A stretch of DNA of 62,788 bases, the filler included. It is 6 parts of 6 records of this genome, joined end to end, with 100 filler letters (N's around TTAATTAATTAA, not from the genome) between each part and the next. Parts side by side here need not be neighbours in the genome. Positions count along the whole stretch, not along the records: positions 50,209 to 57,428 come from DRR723986_4342; positions 57,529 to 62,788 come from DRR723986_4346; 4 more parts are not named here. The stretch is one strand, 5' to 3'. Position 1 is the stretch's first letter. Each line of letters opens with the position of its first letter. The notes beneath the pieces were generated by a model. The model had not been told where the DNA came from. It was given only the letters and a program-made list of their open reading frames with translations, and ran no database searches. Below, one piece after another: positions 53,443 to 62,503 of this stretch. Made by a program: the position numbers and the translations under genes.

Positions 53443-54558
53443 ATGAACATGCATCGCAAATTTGAAATCTTCCTTGTTGTCTCGCCGGGCCTTGAACTGG
53501 CACTCCGGGACGAAGCGCTAGACCTTGGTTTTCGCAAGGCAAAAGCCACCGAAGGCGGCGTACGCTTTCGTGGCAACTGGGCAGATGTTTGGAAGGCAAA
53601 TCTGATGCTGCGCGGCGCTGCGCGCGTGCTGGCGCGCATCGGATCGTTCAAAGTCACGCATTTGGCACAGCTGGATACGTTATCCCGCGAATTCGCATGG
53701 CACGAGATCCTGCGCCCGGATATCCCGGTCCGCGTCGATGTCACCTGCAAAAAGTCCCGCATTTATCACGCTGGCGCCGCCGCTGAACGCATCGAACGCG
53801 CCATTACACAAGAGCTGGGCGCGCCAATCTCTTCCGAGGCTCAGGTCTGCATCAAGGTCCGTATCGAAGACGATCTCTGCACGTTAAGCGTCGATACATC
53901 AGGCGAGTTGCTGCACAAACGCGGTCATAAAGAAGCGGTTGGCAAAGCCCCCATGCGCGAAAACATGGCAGCCCTGTTTCTGCGTCAGTGTGGGTATGAC
54001 GGGACCGAACCTGTACTGGACCCGATGTGTGGCTCGGGCACGTTTGTTATCGAGGCGGCCGAAATCGCTGCCGGACTCATCCCTGGCCGATCCCGCCATT
54101 TTGCATTTGAAGACTTGGCGACCTTTGACGCCGAAACATGGGCAAACCTGCAGGAACAGTCAGAACCCAACGCGGTTTCGGTTCAGCTTTACGGGTCTGA
54201 TCGCGATGCAGGGGCCATCCGCAACAGCCGCGCCAATGCAGAGCGGGCTGGCATCACCGCGTTGACCCAGTTCAACGAACACAGCGCCGGTGAAATATCC
54301 CCCCCCAAAGGCCCCAAGGGGCTGGTCATCGTGAACCCTCCGTATGGAGGCCGGATCGGTGACAAAAAACACCTCTTTGCCCTGCATGGGTCTTTGGGCA
54401 AGGCGCTCTTGTCTCGCTTTTCAGGATGGCGCGTGGGCATCATCACAAACGAACCATCTTTGGCCAAAGCCACAGGGCTGCCCTTCAAACCCCTTGCGGC
54501 GCCGGTCGCACATGGGGGTTTGAAAGTCCGGCTGTACCAAACGGACCCGCTGCCCTGA
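53443..54558 (+). CDS. THUMP-domain RNA methyltransferase (RlmL N-half-like)
   Basis: SVDTSGELLHKRG, APMRENMAA, DPMCGSGT, NPPYG. Confidence 0.92.
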   Translation: MNMHRKFEIFLVVSPGLELALRDEALDLGFRKAKATEGGVRFRGNWADVWKANLMLRGAARVLARIGSFKVTHLAQLDTLSREFAWHEILRPDIPVRVDVTCKKSRIYHAGAAAERIERAITQELGAPISSEAQVCIKVRIEDDLCTLSVDTSGELLHKRGHKEAVGKAPMRENMAALFLRQCGYDGTEPVLDPMCGSGTFVIEAAEIAAGLIPGRSRHFAFEDLATFDAETWANLQEQSEPNAVSVQLYGSDRDAGAIRNSRANAERAGITALTQFNEHSAGEISPPKGPKGLVIVNPPYGGRIGDKKHLFALHGSLGKALLSRFSGWRVGIITNEPSLAKATGLPFKPLAAPVAHGGLKVRLYQTDPLP

Positions 54559-54594
54559 TGTCAGGCTAAATCACGCTGTTGGGTCTACGACCAA

Positions 54595-56622
54595 TCAAAA
54601 GGCATGGCACACACGCAGCGCATCAAAAATGGCGGCATGCATATTCCGACTTGCAACCGCATCGCCGACGCGGGCCAAATAGAACGGATTGTTCTGCTCA
54701 TGGTCTTCGAATGGGAATGCCCCTGTGATCATCGCCGCCTGATCAACCTGCCCAAGGTTTCGCGCGTTCGGTTTTAGATCGTGATACAATGCGTCCATCG
54801 GCGTTAACCCATGTTCAACCACCACATGATCAACCAGACGCTCACTCATTGCGCCGGTCAGGACATGACGCAATCGCGCAACGATTTGGTTTCCTTGCCG
54901 AGACAGCTCGGCAAGTTCTTCCAGACAAGTGAACGTGACCCCTTTCGCCGCCAGATCGCGCAGGGCAACCGCACTCGTCGTCGGACCCAGATCATGTAGC
55001 AGCGCACGATCAGGGCTTACCAGCTCGACGCAATGGCCTGCTGATGACATCACATTTCCAGTCACCGCAGCAGGATGATCCCCGATTTCATCAAACAGCA
55101 GGACGCTGCCCGAAACGCGGGCTTCGCCTGACAGAACATCCCAACTGGACATCGCAAGGTCCGCCCCCGGAATTGCCAACGGTTCGGGCCACCCGCCAGT
55201 GGCGATGATCACAAGATCCGGCCCCTCGGCCAGCACATCACCTGCTTCGACATAGCTGTTCAATCGGATCGTCACATTCAGCGCTTCGATCTCTGAAATC
55301 AACCAATCCGCAACGCCCCAGATTTGACGGCGTGTTGCCCCCTTGGCCGCAAGACCAAGCTGCCCCCCCAAACGGTCTGAGGCCTCGAACAGCACGACCT
55401 CGTGCCCTCGCAGGGCGCTCACCCGAGCGGCTTCCAACCCACCCGGCCCGCCGCCAACGATGACCACCTTTTTCGGCGCATTGCTTGGCATAATGTCGTG
55501 CGGCAAGATCTCTTCCCGCCCGGTGGCAGCGTTATGGCCACACACCGCTGGTTTGCCCTGATTGACCCGATCCACACAATACCCCAGCCCGACACAAGGG
55601 CGAATGCGCTCTTCCTCGTCGCGTTCAAGCTTGGCGACCAAATAAGGATCCGCCATCTGCGCCCGTGTCATACCAACCAGATCCACATGCCCCCCCGATA
55701 CAGCGTGTCGCGCTGTCGCAATGTCGGCAATGCCTCCCGCATGCAGCACCGGAATATCAACCGCTGCTCTGATCCGCCCCGCTACAGTGATGTGTGGTGC
55801 GGCCGGTATCCCCATCGGGCGGACCCATTCTGCCAGTCCCAGATCGTCATAAGGCGCGCCCGCAAGAATATTGAGCAAATCGACCTGCTGGGACTGTTCC
55901 AACAGTTTTGCCACCTCAACGCAGTCATCTGCACTCAGCCCACCTTGGGTCAATTCATCCCCTGTTATGCGCATCGAAAGGATAAACTCAGGTCCCACCT
56001 CTGCGCGCACAGCCTCTAGCACCTGCAGCGTCATCTTCAGACGGTTCGCAAGGGACCCGCCATAGGCATCGTCACGTTGATTGGTGAGCGGGGACAGGAA
56101 CTGACCCAACAGATGCGAATGCGACAGCAACTCGATACCGTCAAAACCGCCCTGCTGACACCGCCGCGCGGCGGCAGCGAAATCTGAAATCACACGATCT
56201 ATGTCGTGTTGTTCCATCACTTTGGGGAACGCTCTGTGCGCCCGTTCCCGCACAGCCGATGGTGCAAGAACGGGCAGCCAATGCCCATCATCCCAAGCGG
56301 TCCGCCGTCCCATATGGGTGATCTGACACATGACAGCTGCACCATGAGAATGGACGCCCTCCGTCAGCTTTTGAAACCAAGGGATGATACTGTCGTCCCC
56401 CGCATACAGCTGCCCAAAAACCGAGGGACTGTCAGGGGCGATATTGGTTGATCCCCCAATCATCGTCAGTGCAACGCCACCTTTGGCTTTTTCTTCGTGA
56501 TACAGCCGATACCGATCCCGGGGGTGACCGTCTTTCACATAGTTGGGCGCATGTGACGTGCTGACGATGCGATTGCGTAAGGTCAGATGTTTCAACTGAA
56601 AGGGATCAAGCAGATTAGGCAT
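54595..56622 (-). CDS. NADH:flavin oxidoreductase (N-methylproline demethylase-like, OYE + FAD domain)
   Basis: LRNRIVSTSH, EKAKGG, QITHMGRR, RPCVGLGYC, VGGGPGGLEAA. Confidence 0.88.
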   Translation of the reverse strand: MPNLLDPFQLKHLTLRNRIVSTSHAPNYVKDGHPRDRYRLYHEEKAKGGVALTMIGGSTNIAPDSPSVFGQLYAGDDSIIPWFQKLTEGVHSHGAAVMCQITHMGRRTAWDDGHWLPVLAPSAVRERAHRAFPKVMEQHDIDRVISDFAAAARRCQQGGFDGIELLSHSHLLGQFLSPLTNQRDDAYGGSLANRLKMTLQVLEAVRAEVGPEFILSMRITGDELTQGGLSADDCVEVAKLLEQSQQVDLLNILAGAPYDDLGLAEWVRPMGIPAAPHITVAGRIRAAVDIPVLHAGGIADIATARHAVSGGHVDLVGMTRAQMADPYLVAKLERDEEERIRPCVGLGYCVDRVNQGKPAVCGHNAATGREEILPHDIMPSNAPKKVVIVGGGPGGLEAARVSALRGHEVVLFEASDRLGGQLGLAAKGATRRQIWGVADWLISEIEALNVTIRLNSYVEAGDVLAEGPDLVIIATGGWPEPLAIPGADLAMSSWDVLSGEARVSGSVLLFDEIGDHPAAVTGNVMSSAGHCVELVSPDRALLHDLGPTTSAVALRDLAAKGVTFTCLEELAELSRQGNQIVARLRHVLTGAMSERLVDHVVVEHGLTPMDALYHDLKPNARNLGQVDQAAMITGAFPFEDHEQNNPFYLARVGDAVASRNMHAAIFDALRVCHAF

Positions 56623-56836
56623 TTCGGCAGTCCTTTGATCCGGGCACAGTCTAATTGAGGGGCATATCTCCAAGAACGCTATCGGCATTTCGCTGAGTTC
56701 AAATAACTCGCGCCGACATTTTCGTACAAAATGACGACCAAATCCCCCAAAACAGATGTCGCACAGATTGCGCCCAGCGCAGCAAAAAGCCCACCGAGCG
56801 GTTGCACGATGGGCTTTCTCTTAATGTATCAAGGGA

Positions 56837-57428
56837 TCAGACTTTGTTCAGCATCCCGCGTTCACGCGCCAATTCGCGCATTTTCTTTTGCAGCTTTTCA
56901 AAGGCACGCACTTCGATCTGACGAATACGTTCACGGCTGACGTTGTATTGACCGCTAAGGTCTTCCAGCGTCACCGCCTGCTCCGACAGGCGCCGTTGGG
57001 TCAGAATGTCCTTTTCACGATCATTCAGAACCTCAAGCGAAAGGGCTAGCAACTCGCGGCGCGATTCCAGTTCGTCGCGGGCCTCGTAATCGCCCGCCTG
57101 ATCCGCATCCTCGTCTTCCAGCCAATCCTGCCACTGCATCGTGCCTTCGCCTTCGGATCCGACGGTCGCGTTCAACGACGCATCCCCGCCCGACATCCGT
57201 CGGTTCATGCTGATCACTTCGGCCTCGGTCACACCCAGATCAGTCGCAATCCGTTTGACGTTTTCAGGGCGCAGGTCGCCCTCTTCCAAGGCGCCAATAC
57301 GAGATTTGGCTTTGCGCAGGTTGAAAAACAGCTTCTTCTGCGCGCTGGTCGTACCAAGTTTCACCAAAGACCAAGACCGCAGGATGTATTCCTGGATCGA
57401 GGCGCGGATCCACCACATCGCATAGGTC
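56837..57428 (-). CDS. rpoH: RNA polymerase sigma-32, 3' part
   Basis: WWIRASIQEYILRSWSLVK; RpoH box QKKLFFNLRK; VSRERIRQIE. Confidence 0.96.
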
Positions 57429-57528
57429 NNNNNNNNNNNNNNNNNNNNNNNNNNNNNNNNNNNNNNNNNNNNTTAATTAATTAANNNNNNNNNNNNNNNN
57501 NNNNNNNNNNNNNNNNNNNNNNNNNNNN

Positions 57529-57568
57529 CAAGGAAGGCGGCGAGTTCAACTTCAAGGCGATGGACTGA
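57529..57568 (+). CDS. mmsA: C-terminus of probable methylmalonate-semialdehyde dehydrogenase
   Basis: KEGGEFNFKAMD* resembles roseobacter MmsA termini (from memory); an acyl-CoA dehydrogenase sits at the other end of the fragment. Confidence 0.6.
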
Positions 57569-57595
57569 TCCCCAAAGCCCCTTGGATCAGGTGGA

Positions 57596-57623
57596 AGGCC
57601 CGGCATATCGCCGGGCCTTTTTT
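57596..57623. terminator. Intrinsic terminator
   Basis: AAGGCCCGGC-ATATC-GCCGGGCCTTTTTT. Confidence 0.85.
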
Positions 57624-57627
57624 CGTG

Positions 57628-58146
57628 TCAGCCGGTGACCTCCAGCAGGAACCCGGTCGTGGTGTCGCCAATGGTGATCTGAGCCTGCCCGCCGCGCCCG
57701 AGACCTTCTGCGCCGAACACGGCCCCCGCGCTGGCAACGATCATCAGAAAGCCCGTGGCCGGACCGCGTTCGCTCACCTCAATGCTGAGCGCGCCGGAAT
57801 TGGTTTCGCCCCAGCTCCAGCGCGATGACATCAGATCCTGGATCTCGAAATTCCCAAGGCTGCTGCCAACCCGCGCCGTGATGCGCTGACCGCGCAGGCG
57901 CTGGATTTCGAAATTGCCCAGTTGGGCGGTCGGGGGCATGCCGATATTGAACCGGGCCGTGGGCGGCATTCCGATGTTGAAGCCGCTGACCTCCAGCAGG
58001 AAGCCTTCGCCCTCAGCCGGGCTGATGCTGGCCCGCCCGCGCGGGGCGGCGGCGACCTGGATGATCGGACTGGTTGCCGCAAGGGCCGGGACGGTGTGAA
58101 GAACGGGAAGGCTGGCAAGACCGGCCAGCAGGGTTCTGCGTTGCAT
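57628..58146 (-). CDS. Tat-exported hypothetical protein built from repeated short peptide blocks
   Basis: GGAGA RBS; MQRRTLLAG...ALA signal; GFLLEV[S/T]G x2, FNIGMPPTA x2, LGNFEIQ x2, WSWGETNSG. Confidence 0.85.
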   Translation of the reverse strand: MQRRTLLAGLASLPVLHTVPALAATSPIIQVAAAPRGRASISPAEGEGFLLEVSGFNIGMPPTARFNIGMPPTAQLGNFEIQRLRGQRITARVGSSLGNFEIQDLMSSRWSWGETNSGALSIEVSERGPATGFLMIVASAGAVFGAEGLGRGGQAQITIGDTTTGFLLEVTG

Positions 58147-58319
58147 GGTGAAATCTCCGGTTCTGAAATGCGTTTGGAAATGGGGATGATCCCAAGGGCA
58201 TCATACCGCATTTCGCACGACCCCGATACGTGCCGCGTTCCAAGGTGAGATTGCGGCTGGAAATCGAGGGGATGACCGGGATATGATCATCCAACCCCTT
58301 GGTTTGAAAGAGGCAACGG

Positions 58320-58739
58320 ATGCCAGTCAGTTTCAGGATCTTGCCCGAACGGGGGCTCGTCTTTGTGCGCTATACCGGGTTTGCAGTCCTGGACGAAAGC
58401 TCTCGGGTGTTCGGCCAATACGCAGCCCACCCCGATTTCCAGCCCGGCCAGAAACAGCTGGTGGACCTGTCGGGCGTGACCGGGATGGAGAGGGACTACG
58501 TCAAGCTCTTTGCGCTTCAGGCCCGAAAGGCAGACGCGTTCCTGGGCACCGGGGCGCAGACCCTGCTTGTCTATTTCGCGCCGACCCCGATTGCGATGGA
58601 CCTGGCCGAAGCGATCATCCGGTCGTGGGAGCCATCCGGTGCAGTGATTCCGTTGATCCAGGAAGACGAGAGCGACGCGCTGAAACTGTTGGGGCAGCCT
58701 GAACGCAGCTTTGAGGAACTGCTTCAGGGCGCGCGCTGA
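58320..58739 (+). CDS. Conserved-looking hypothetical protein (SpoIIAA/STAS-like fold suspected)
   Basis: GAGG RBS; LVFVRYTG, HPDFQPGQKQLVDLSGV, ESDALKLLG. Confidence 0.75.
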   Translation: MPVSFRILPERGLVFVRYTGFAVLDESSRVFGQYAAHPDFQPGQKQLVDLSGVTGMERDYVKLFALQARKADAFLGTGAQTLLVYFAPTPIAMDLAEAIIRSWEPSGAVIPLIQEDESDALKLLGQPERSFEELLQGAR

Positions 58740-58814
58740 CGCTTTGGGATATGTCCGTCTTGGATCCGGGAGGCTGAATAACAACAGCCCCCCGGTCCCT
58801 CTTGGGATATCCAC

Positions 58815-59483
58815 TTAGCAGGGTAGCGGTGGCAGCCCCTCGCAGGATTCATCGGCAATGAAGTTGTCGGTGTCGTCGTCCATTGGGTTGCCCACCTGAA
58901 TCTCGCTCTCGCAGCCCGGCTCGAAACCTGTATCGCAGCGGAAGCGGAGTTTCAGAGACGCGCCTTCGTGGATCGCGTAGGCGGCAAGGGCAAAGGCCAT
59001 GGCGAAGACCGCCAGCAGGAAGCCCAAGGGACTCAGACCCTGGGTGGTGCCGCCGCCGCCGTCATCGTCGCCACCGGCCGTCTGACCAGATCCACGCACA
59101 TTTCCGATGCGGTAGTCGAACGAGATGTTGGGGGCCTGACCGGACATGGTGAAATCGAGATCGACACCGTCTTCGTTCACGTCCACGACGCGCAACGGCA
59201 TCGCACCTTCCTGAAGGAACCGGCGTGAAAGGCGCATGATTCCCTGCGGCAGGGTCATGCGGCGAAACTCATCTCCCTGAGCGGTTCGCAGCATGATCAC
59301 GACCTCTCGTCGCCGGTTGCCGGGATAGACACGTGTCACGATCCGACCGCGCGGGCTATCCGCAACCGCGATACCGATTGGCAAGATCCCTTCGGTCGCT
59401 TGCGCGAAGACCCGCGCCGAAAGCGGGACGCCAAGCGCGCCCATGGACGTCAATGCAAGAGAGATGAAGTTTCTTCTTTTCAT
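58815..59483 (-). CDS. Tat-exported hypothetical protein with Gly/Asp linker, hydrophobic helix and Cys-containing acidic tail
   Basis: AGGAG RBS; MKRRNFISL; GGDDDGGGGTT; four C-terminal Cys. Confidence 0.8.
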   Translation of the reverse strand: MKRRNFISLALTSMGALGVPLSARVFAQATEGILPIGIAVADSPRGRIVTRVYPGNRRREVVIMLRTAQGDEFRRMTLPQGIMRLSRRFLQEGAMPLRVVDVNEDGVDLDFTMSGQAPNISFDYRIGNVRGSGQTAGGDDDGGGGTTQGLSPLGFLLAVFAMAFALAAYAIHEGASLKLRFRCDTGFEPGCESEIQVGNPMDDDTDNFIADESCEGLPPLPC

Positions 59484-59562
59484 GGCAATGCTCCTAATTG
59501 CAGCGTTTAATGAGGCCGTTTGAATACGGCTTAGAATTGCCTCTCGGATTTGATGCTGTCAA

Positions 59563-59593
59563 TAAAAAGACCCGCCTGAAACCAGACGGGCCT
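59563..59593 (-). terminator. Intrinsic terminator after small peptide gene
   Basis: Minus strand AGGCCCGTCTG-GTTT-CAGGCGGGTCTTTTT. Confidence 0.7.
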
Positions 59594-59619
59594 ACGGTGC
59601 TGAAATGAGGTGGTGGGGC

Positions 59620-59808
59620 TTAACGAGTGGTGCCAGTCCCGCCTTCGGTGGTGCCCCCGCCCCGGCGGGTGGTGCCAAGACCGCCATCGGAGGCGAATCC
59701 GTCGATCTGTGCGATCAGGCTGTTGGATTCGCGGGTGGTCTGGTCTGCCTGGGCGCCGGTGGCGACAAGGGCTGCAAGGCTGAGGGCGATGGCGAAGGTG
59801 CGGAACAT
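59620..59808 (-). CDS. Small secreted peptide with GTT repeats
   Basis: Sec signal MFRTFAIALSLAALVATGAQA; tail GGLGTTRR-GGGTTE-GGTGTTR; has its own terminator. Confidence 0.7.
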   Translation of the reverse strand: MFRTFAIALSLAALVATGAQADQTTRESNSLIAQIDGFASDGGLGTTRRGGGTTEGGTGTTR

Positions 59809-59928
59809 GGCGGTGGTCTCTCATGCTGTAATGTCGTGTATTGTCTGTATGTCGGGCGGCCCACTGCTTGGGTTCAAAAAATTTTTCACGGCGGCAAGCG
59901 GCGGGTTTGCACCCGCCACCGCACATGT

Positions 59929-60396
59929 TCACCAGCTCAGGGTGCGCACATCATCGGCAAAGAGCCAGCTTTCCACCACCGGCCAGGTGCCCATTGTGAC
60001 ACCATCGATATATTCCTCTTCCGTCAGACCGGCGGCACCGGAACAGGCCGAACACATAATCACCGTCCCGCCATCGGCCATGAAGGCCGTCAGCATGTCC
60101 TGGATCGAGGTTCCAGCCTCGGCCATCGGGCCAGGGATATGGCTGGGGCGGTCGATTTCAGCCAGATAAACCGCACGCACATTCAGCCAGATCGCGGTGT
60201 CGTAGCCGTTGGCCAAGGCCCGGCGATGCGCGAACAAGATCGCCTTGGCCGCCGACCAGGTGTCATCGGTGGTCAGGTTGATGAACAGGCGCGGGCGCGC
60301 GGCCTCTTCATCCTGCGCGATCGCGTGGCTCGGGGCGAGGACCGCTGCCATGGTCAGAATCAGGGCGGCGGCGAGGGTCAATCGTTTCAGGGTCAT
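59929..60396 (-). CDS. Exported DsrE/DsrF-like protein
   Basis: Signal peptide; LFINLTTDD, IWLNVRAV, GGTVIMCSACS, TLSW. Confidence 0.82.
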   Translation of the reverse strand: MTLKRLTLAAALILTMAAVLAPSHAIAQDEEAARPRLFINLTTDDTWSAAKAILFAHRRALANGYDTAIWLNVRAVYLAEIDRPSHIPGPMAEAGTSIQDMLTAFMADGGTVIMCSACSGAAGLTEEEYIDGVTMGTWPVVESWLFADDVRTLSW

Positions 60397-60608
60397 CTTC
60401 TCTGTCTCCCGTTGGTTGATCGCGCCCAACCTGCCCGCAGGGATCGCACCCGAATTTGACTTCGATCAAACCTTCCAGCGCTGGAAGGTTATTTGTTTCG
60501 TGGCGCTACGGCGCGTTTTCAATCTTTGCGAAACCTCGACAACCAACAGTTGCACCCGGACACTTTGGCAGTCAGAGTGAAGGGGTTTCATCTACAAAGG
60601 ATTTCCTC

Positions 60609-60938
60609 ATGTCCCGACTCGATCGCCGCAGCATCCTTACCGCTCTGCTGGCCACCCCCCTTGCAATGGTTGCCAGCCGGTCCCATGCCGCCACCCATGC
60701 CGTCACCATCGAAGGGTTCGCCTTTTCCCCGGCGGATCTGAACGTGGCTGTCGGCGATACCATCACCTTCACCAACAATGACGGCGCGCCGCACACCGCC
60801 ACGGCGCTGGATGGCAGCTTTGACACCGGTCGCCTGAACCGGGGTGAAAGCGCCGAGATCACCATCACCTCTGCCGGCAGCCATGCCTACAAGTGCAATT
60901 TCCACCCGTCGATGACCGGCACCATCACCGCTGCCTGA
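60609..60938 (+). CDS. Tat-exported cupredoxin (amicyanin/plastocyanin-like)
   Basis: DRRSIL signal; FSPADL, WTN-like [17 protein letters not shown] type-1 Cu ligands. Confidence 0.92.
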   Translation: MSRLDRRSILTALLATPLAMVASRSHAATHAVTIEGFAFSPADLNVAVGDTITFTNNDGAPHTATALDGSFDTGRLNRGESAEITITSAGSHAYKCNFHPSMTGTITAA

Positions 60939-60963
60939 TCCTTCCCACGCAGCATAGAGACCG

Positions 60964-60994
60964 AAAGCCCCAGCCACGCGCCGGGGCTTTTTTC
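60964..60994 (+). terminator. Intrinsic terminator
   Basis: AAAGCCCC...GGGGCTTTTTT. Confidence 0.7.
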
Positions 60995-61045
60995 TTGGCA
61001 AACGGCCGCGCACGGGGTTTCCTGACGAAAAAGGCGGAGGACACC

Positions 61046-62179
61046 ATGGCACCCAAAGAGCCCCCCTTCTCTCTCGGGATCGAGGAAGAATACCTGCTGG
61101 TCGATCAGACCACCTGTGATCTGGTGGAGGCCCCGGCAGATCTGATGCAGGCCTGTGTCAGCGAGCTGGAAGGCCAGGTCAGCCCGGAATTCCTGCAATG
61201 CCAGATCGAGATCGGCACCCGCGTCTGCGCCGATATCTCTGAGGCGCGCGAGGATCTGAAACGCCTGCGCTCGACCGTGTCCCGCGTTGCGAATGACTAT
61301 GGTCTGGCGCCAATTGCGGTGTCCTGCCACCCCTTTGCCGACTGGAAGAACCAGCACCACACCGACAAGGACCGCTACAACGCGCTGGCCCGCGATCTGG
61401 GCGGCGTGGTCAACCGGATGCTGATTTGCGGGATGCATGTGCATGTGGGGCTTGGCACCGACGATCTGCGCAATGACCTGATGGGGCAGCTTTCGTATTT
61501 CCTGCCGCATCTGCTGGCGCTGTCGGCCTCCTCGCCCTTCTGGCAAGGGCGCGATACGAAACTGGCGTCTTACCGGCTGACCGTTTTCGACAACCTGCCG
61601 CGCACCGGGTTGCCGCCGTCTTTCCCGTCCTTCGCCGATTACGAACGCACCGTCGATGTGCTGGTCGATCTGGGCATCATCGAGGACAGTTCCAAGATCT
61701 GGTGGGATCTGCGCCCCTCATCCCGCTTCCCGACGCTGGAAACCCGCATCTGCGACGTGAATCCGCGGCTGGAGGACACGCTGACATTGGCGGCGATGAT
61801 CCAGAGCCTGTCCCGCATGCTCTTCCGCCTGCGCGGCCTCAACCAACGCTGGCGGCTTTATGATGCGTTCCTGATCGAGGAAAACCGCTGGCGGGCGCAG
61901 CGCTATGGCACGTCCGAAGGGCTGATCGACTTCGGCAAGCGCGAGATCCTGCCGATGGCCGACCTGATCGAGGACATCATTGAATTGACCGCCGAGGACG
62001 CCGCCTATCTGGGCTGCACCGCCGAACTGGATCGCGCCCGCGAGATGGTGGCACGGGGCACCTCCTCTGACCGCCAGCGCGCGGTTCTTGCCGCATCAGT
62101 GGCTGCCGGAAAACCCCATGACGAGGCCATGCGCGACGTTGTGCGCCACCTGATCGAGGAATTTCACGCGGATTTGTGA
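61046..62179 (+). CDS. Carboxylate-amine ligase (YbdK/GCS2 family)
   Basis: [51 protein letters not shown]. Confidence 0.93.
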   Translation: MAPKEPPFSLGIEEEYLLVDQTTCDLVEAPADLMQACVSELEGQVSPEFLQCQIEIGTRVCADISEAREDLKRLRSTVSRVANDYGLAPIAVSCHPFADWKNQHHTDKDRYNALARDLGGVVNRMLICGMHVHVGLGTDDLRNDLMGQLSYFLPHLLALSASSPFWQGRDTKLASYRLTVFDNLPRTGLPPSFPSFADYERTVDVLVDLGIIEDSSKIWWDLRPSSRFPTLETRICDVNPRLEDTLTLAAMIQSLSRMLFRLRGLNQRWRLYDAFLIEENRWRAQRYGTSEGLIDFGKREILPMADLIEDIIELTAEDAAYLGCTAELDRAREMVARGTSSDRQRAVLAASVAAGKPHDEAMRDVVRHLIEEFHADL

Positions 62180-62257
62180 CGCCGCGCTTGGCCTTGCAAA
62201 ACTCTTGCAAGATTTGGTAATTAAACAAGTGTTCAATTCTGGGAGGATTGCCACAGC

Positions 62258-62503
62258 TTGCCCTTAGGTCTCTTCGTTGTCATCTCCACCTTCGTGGTCG
62301 GTATAGGCACCGCCTATATCGTCGTGTGGCGAAACCCCGGCTACCGGGATGCTCTCGAAGACTGGAAAGCGCTGAGAGATCCGTTCGGCCTGAAAGCGTG
62401 GCGAAAATACTTCTGGTTGCGACTGTTGCCGATCGGGGCAGCGCTGGCCTGGATGATCCTCTGGGTCCTGATTATCGAAGTCCTGAGGTGGATAAACGCA
62501 TGA
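62258..62503 (+). CDS. Small two-TM protein
   Basis: GGAGGA RBS, TTG start; ATGA overlap with next gene. Confidence 0.65.
   Translation: MPLGLFVVISTFVVGIGTAYIVVWRNPGYRDALEDWKALRDPFGLKAWRKYFWLRLLPIGAALAWMILWVLIIEVLRWINA

Noticed and set aside
57628-58146. Diversity-generating retroelement target, or a bona fide Hcp/PAAR gene
   Set aside because: There is no reverse transcriptase or TR/VR pair, the differences are synonymous rather than adenine-specific, and the similarity to Hcp/PAAR is limited to isolated short blocks.
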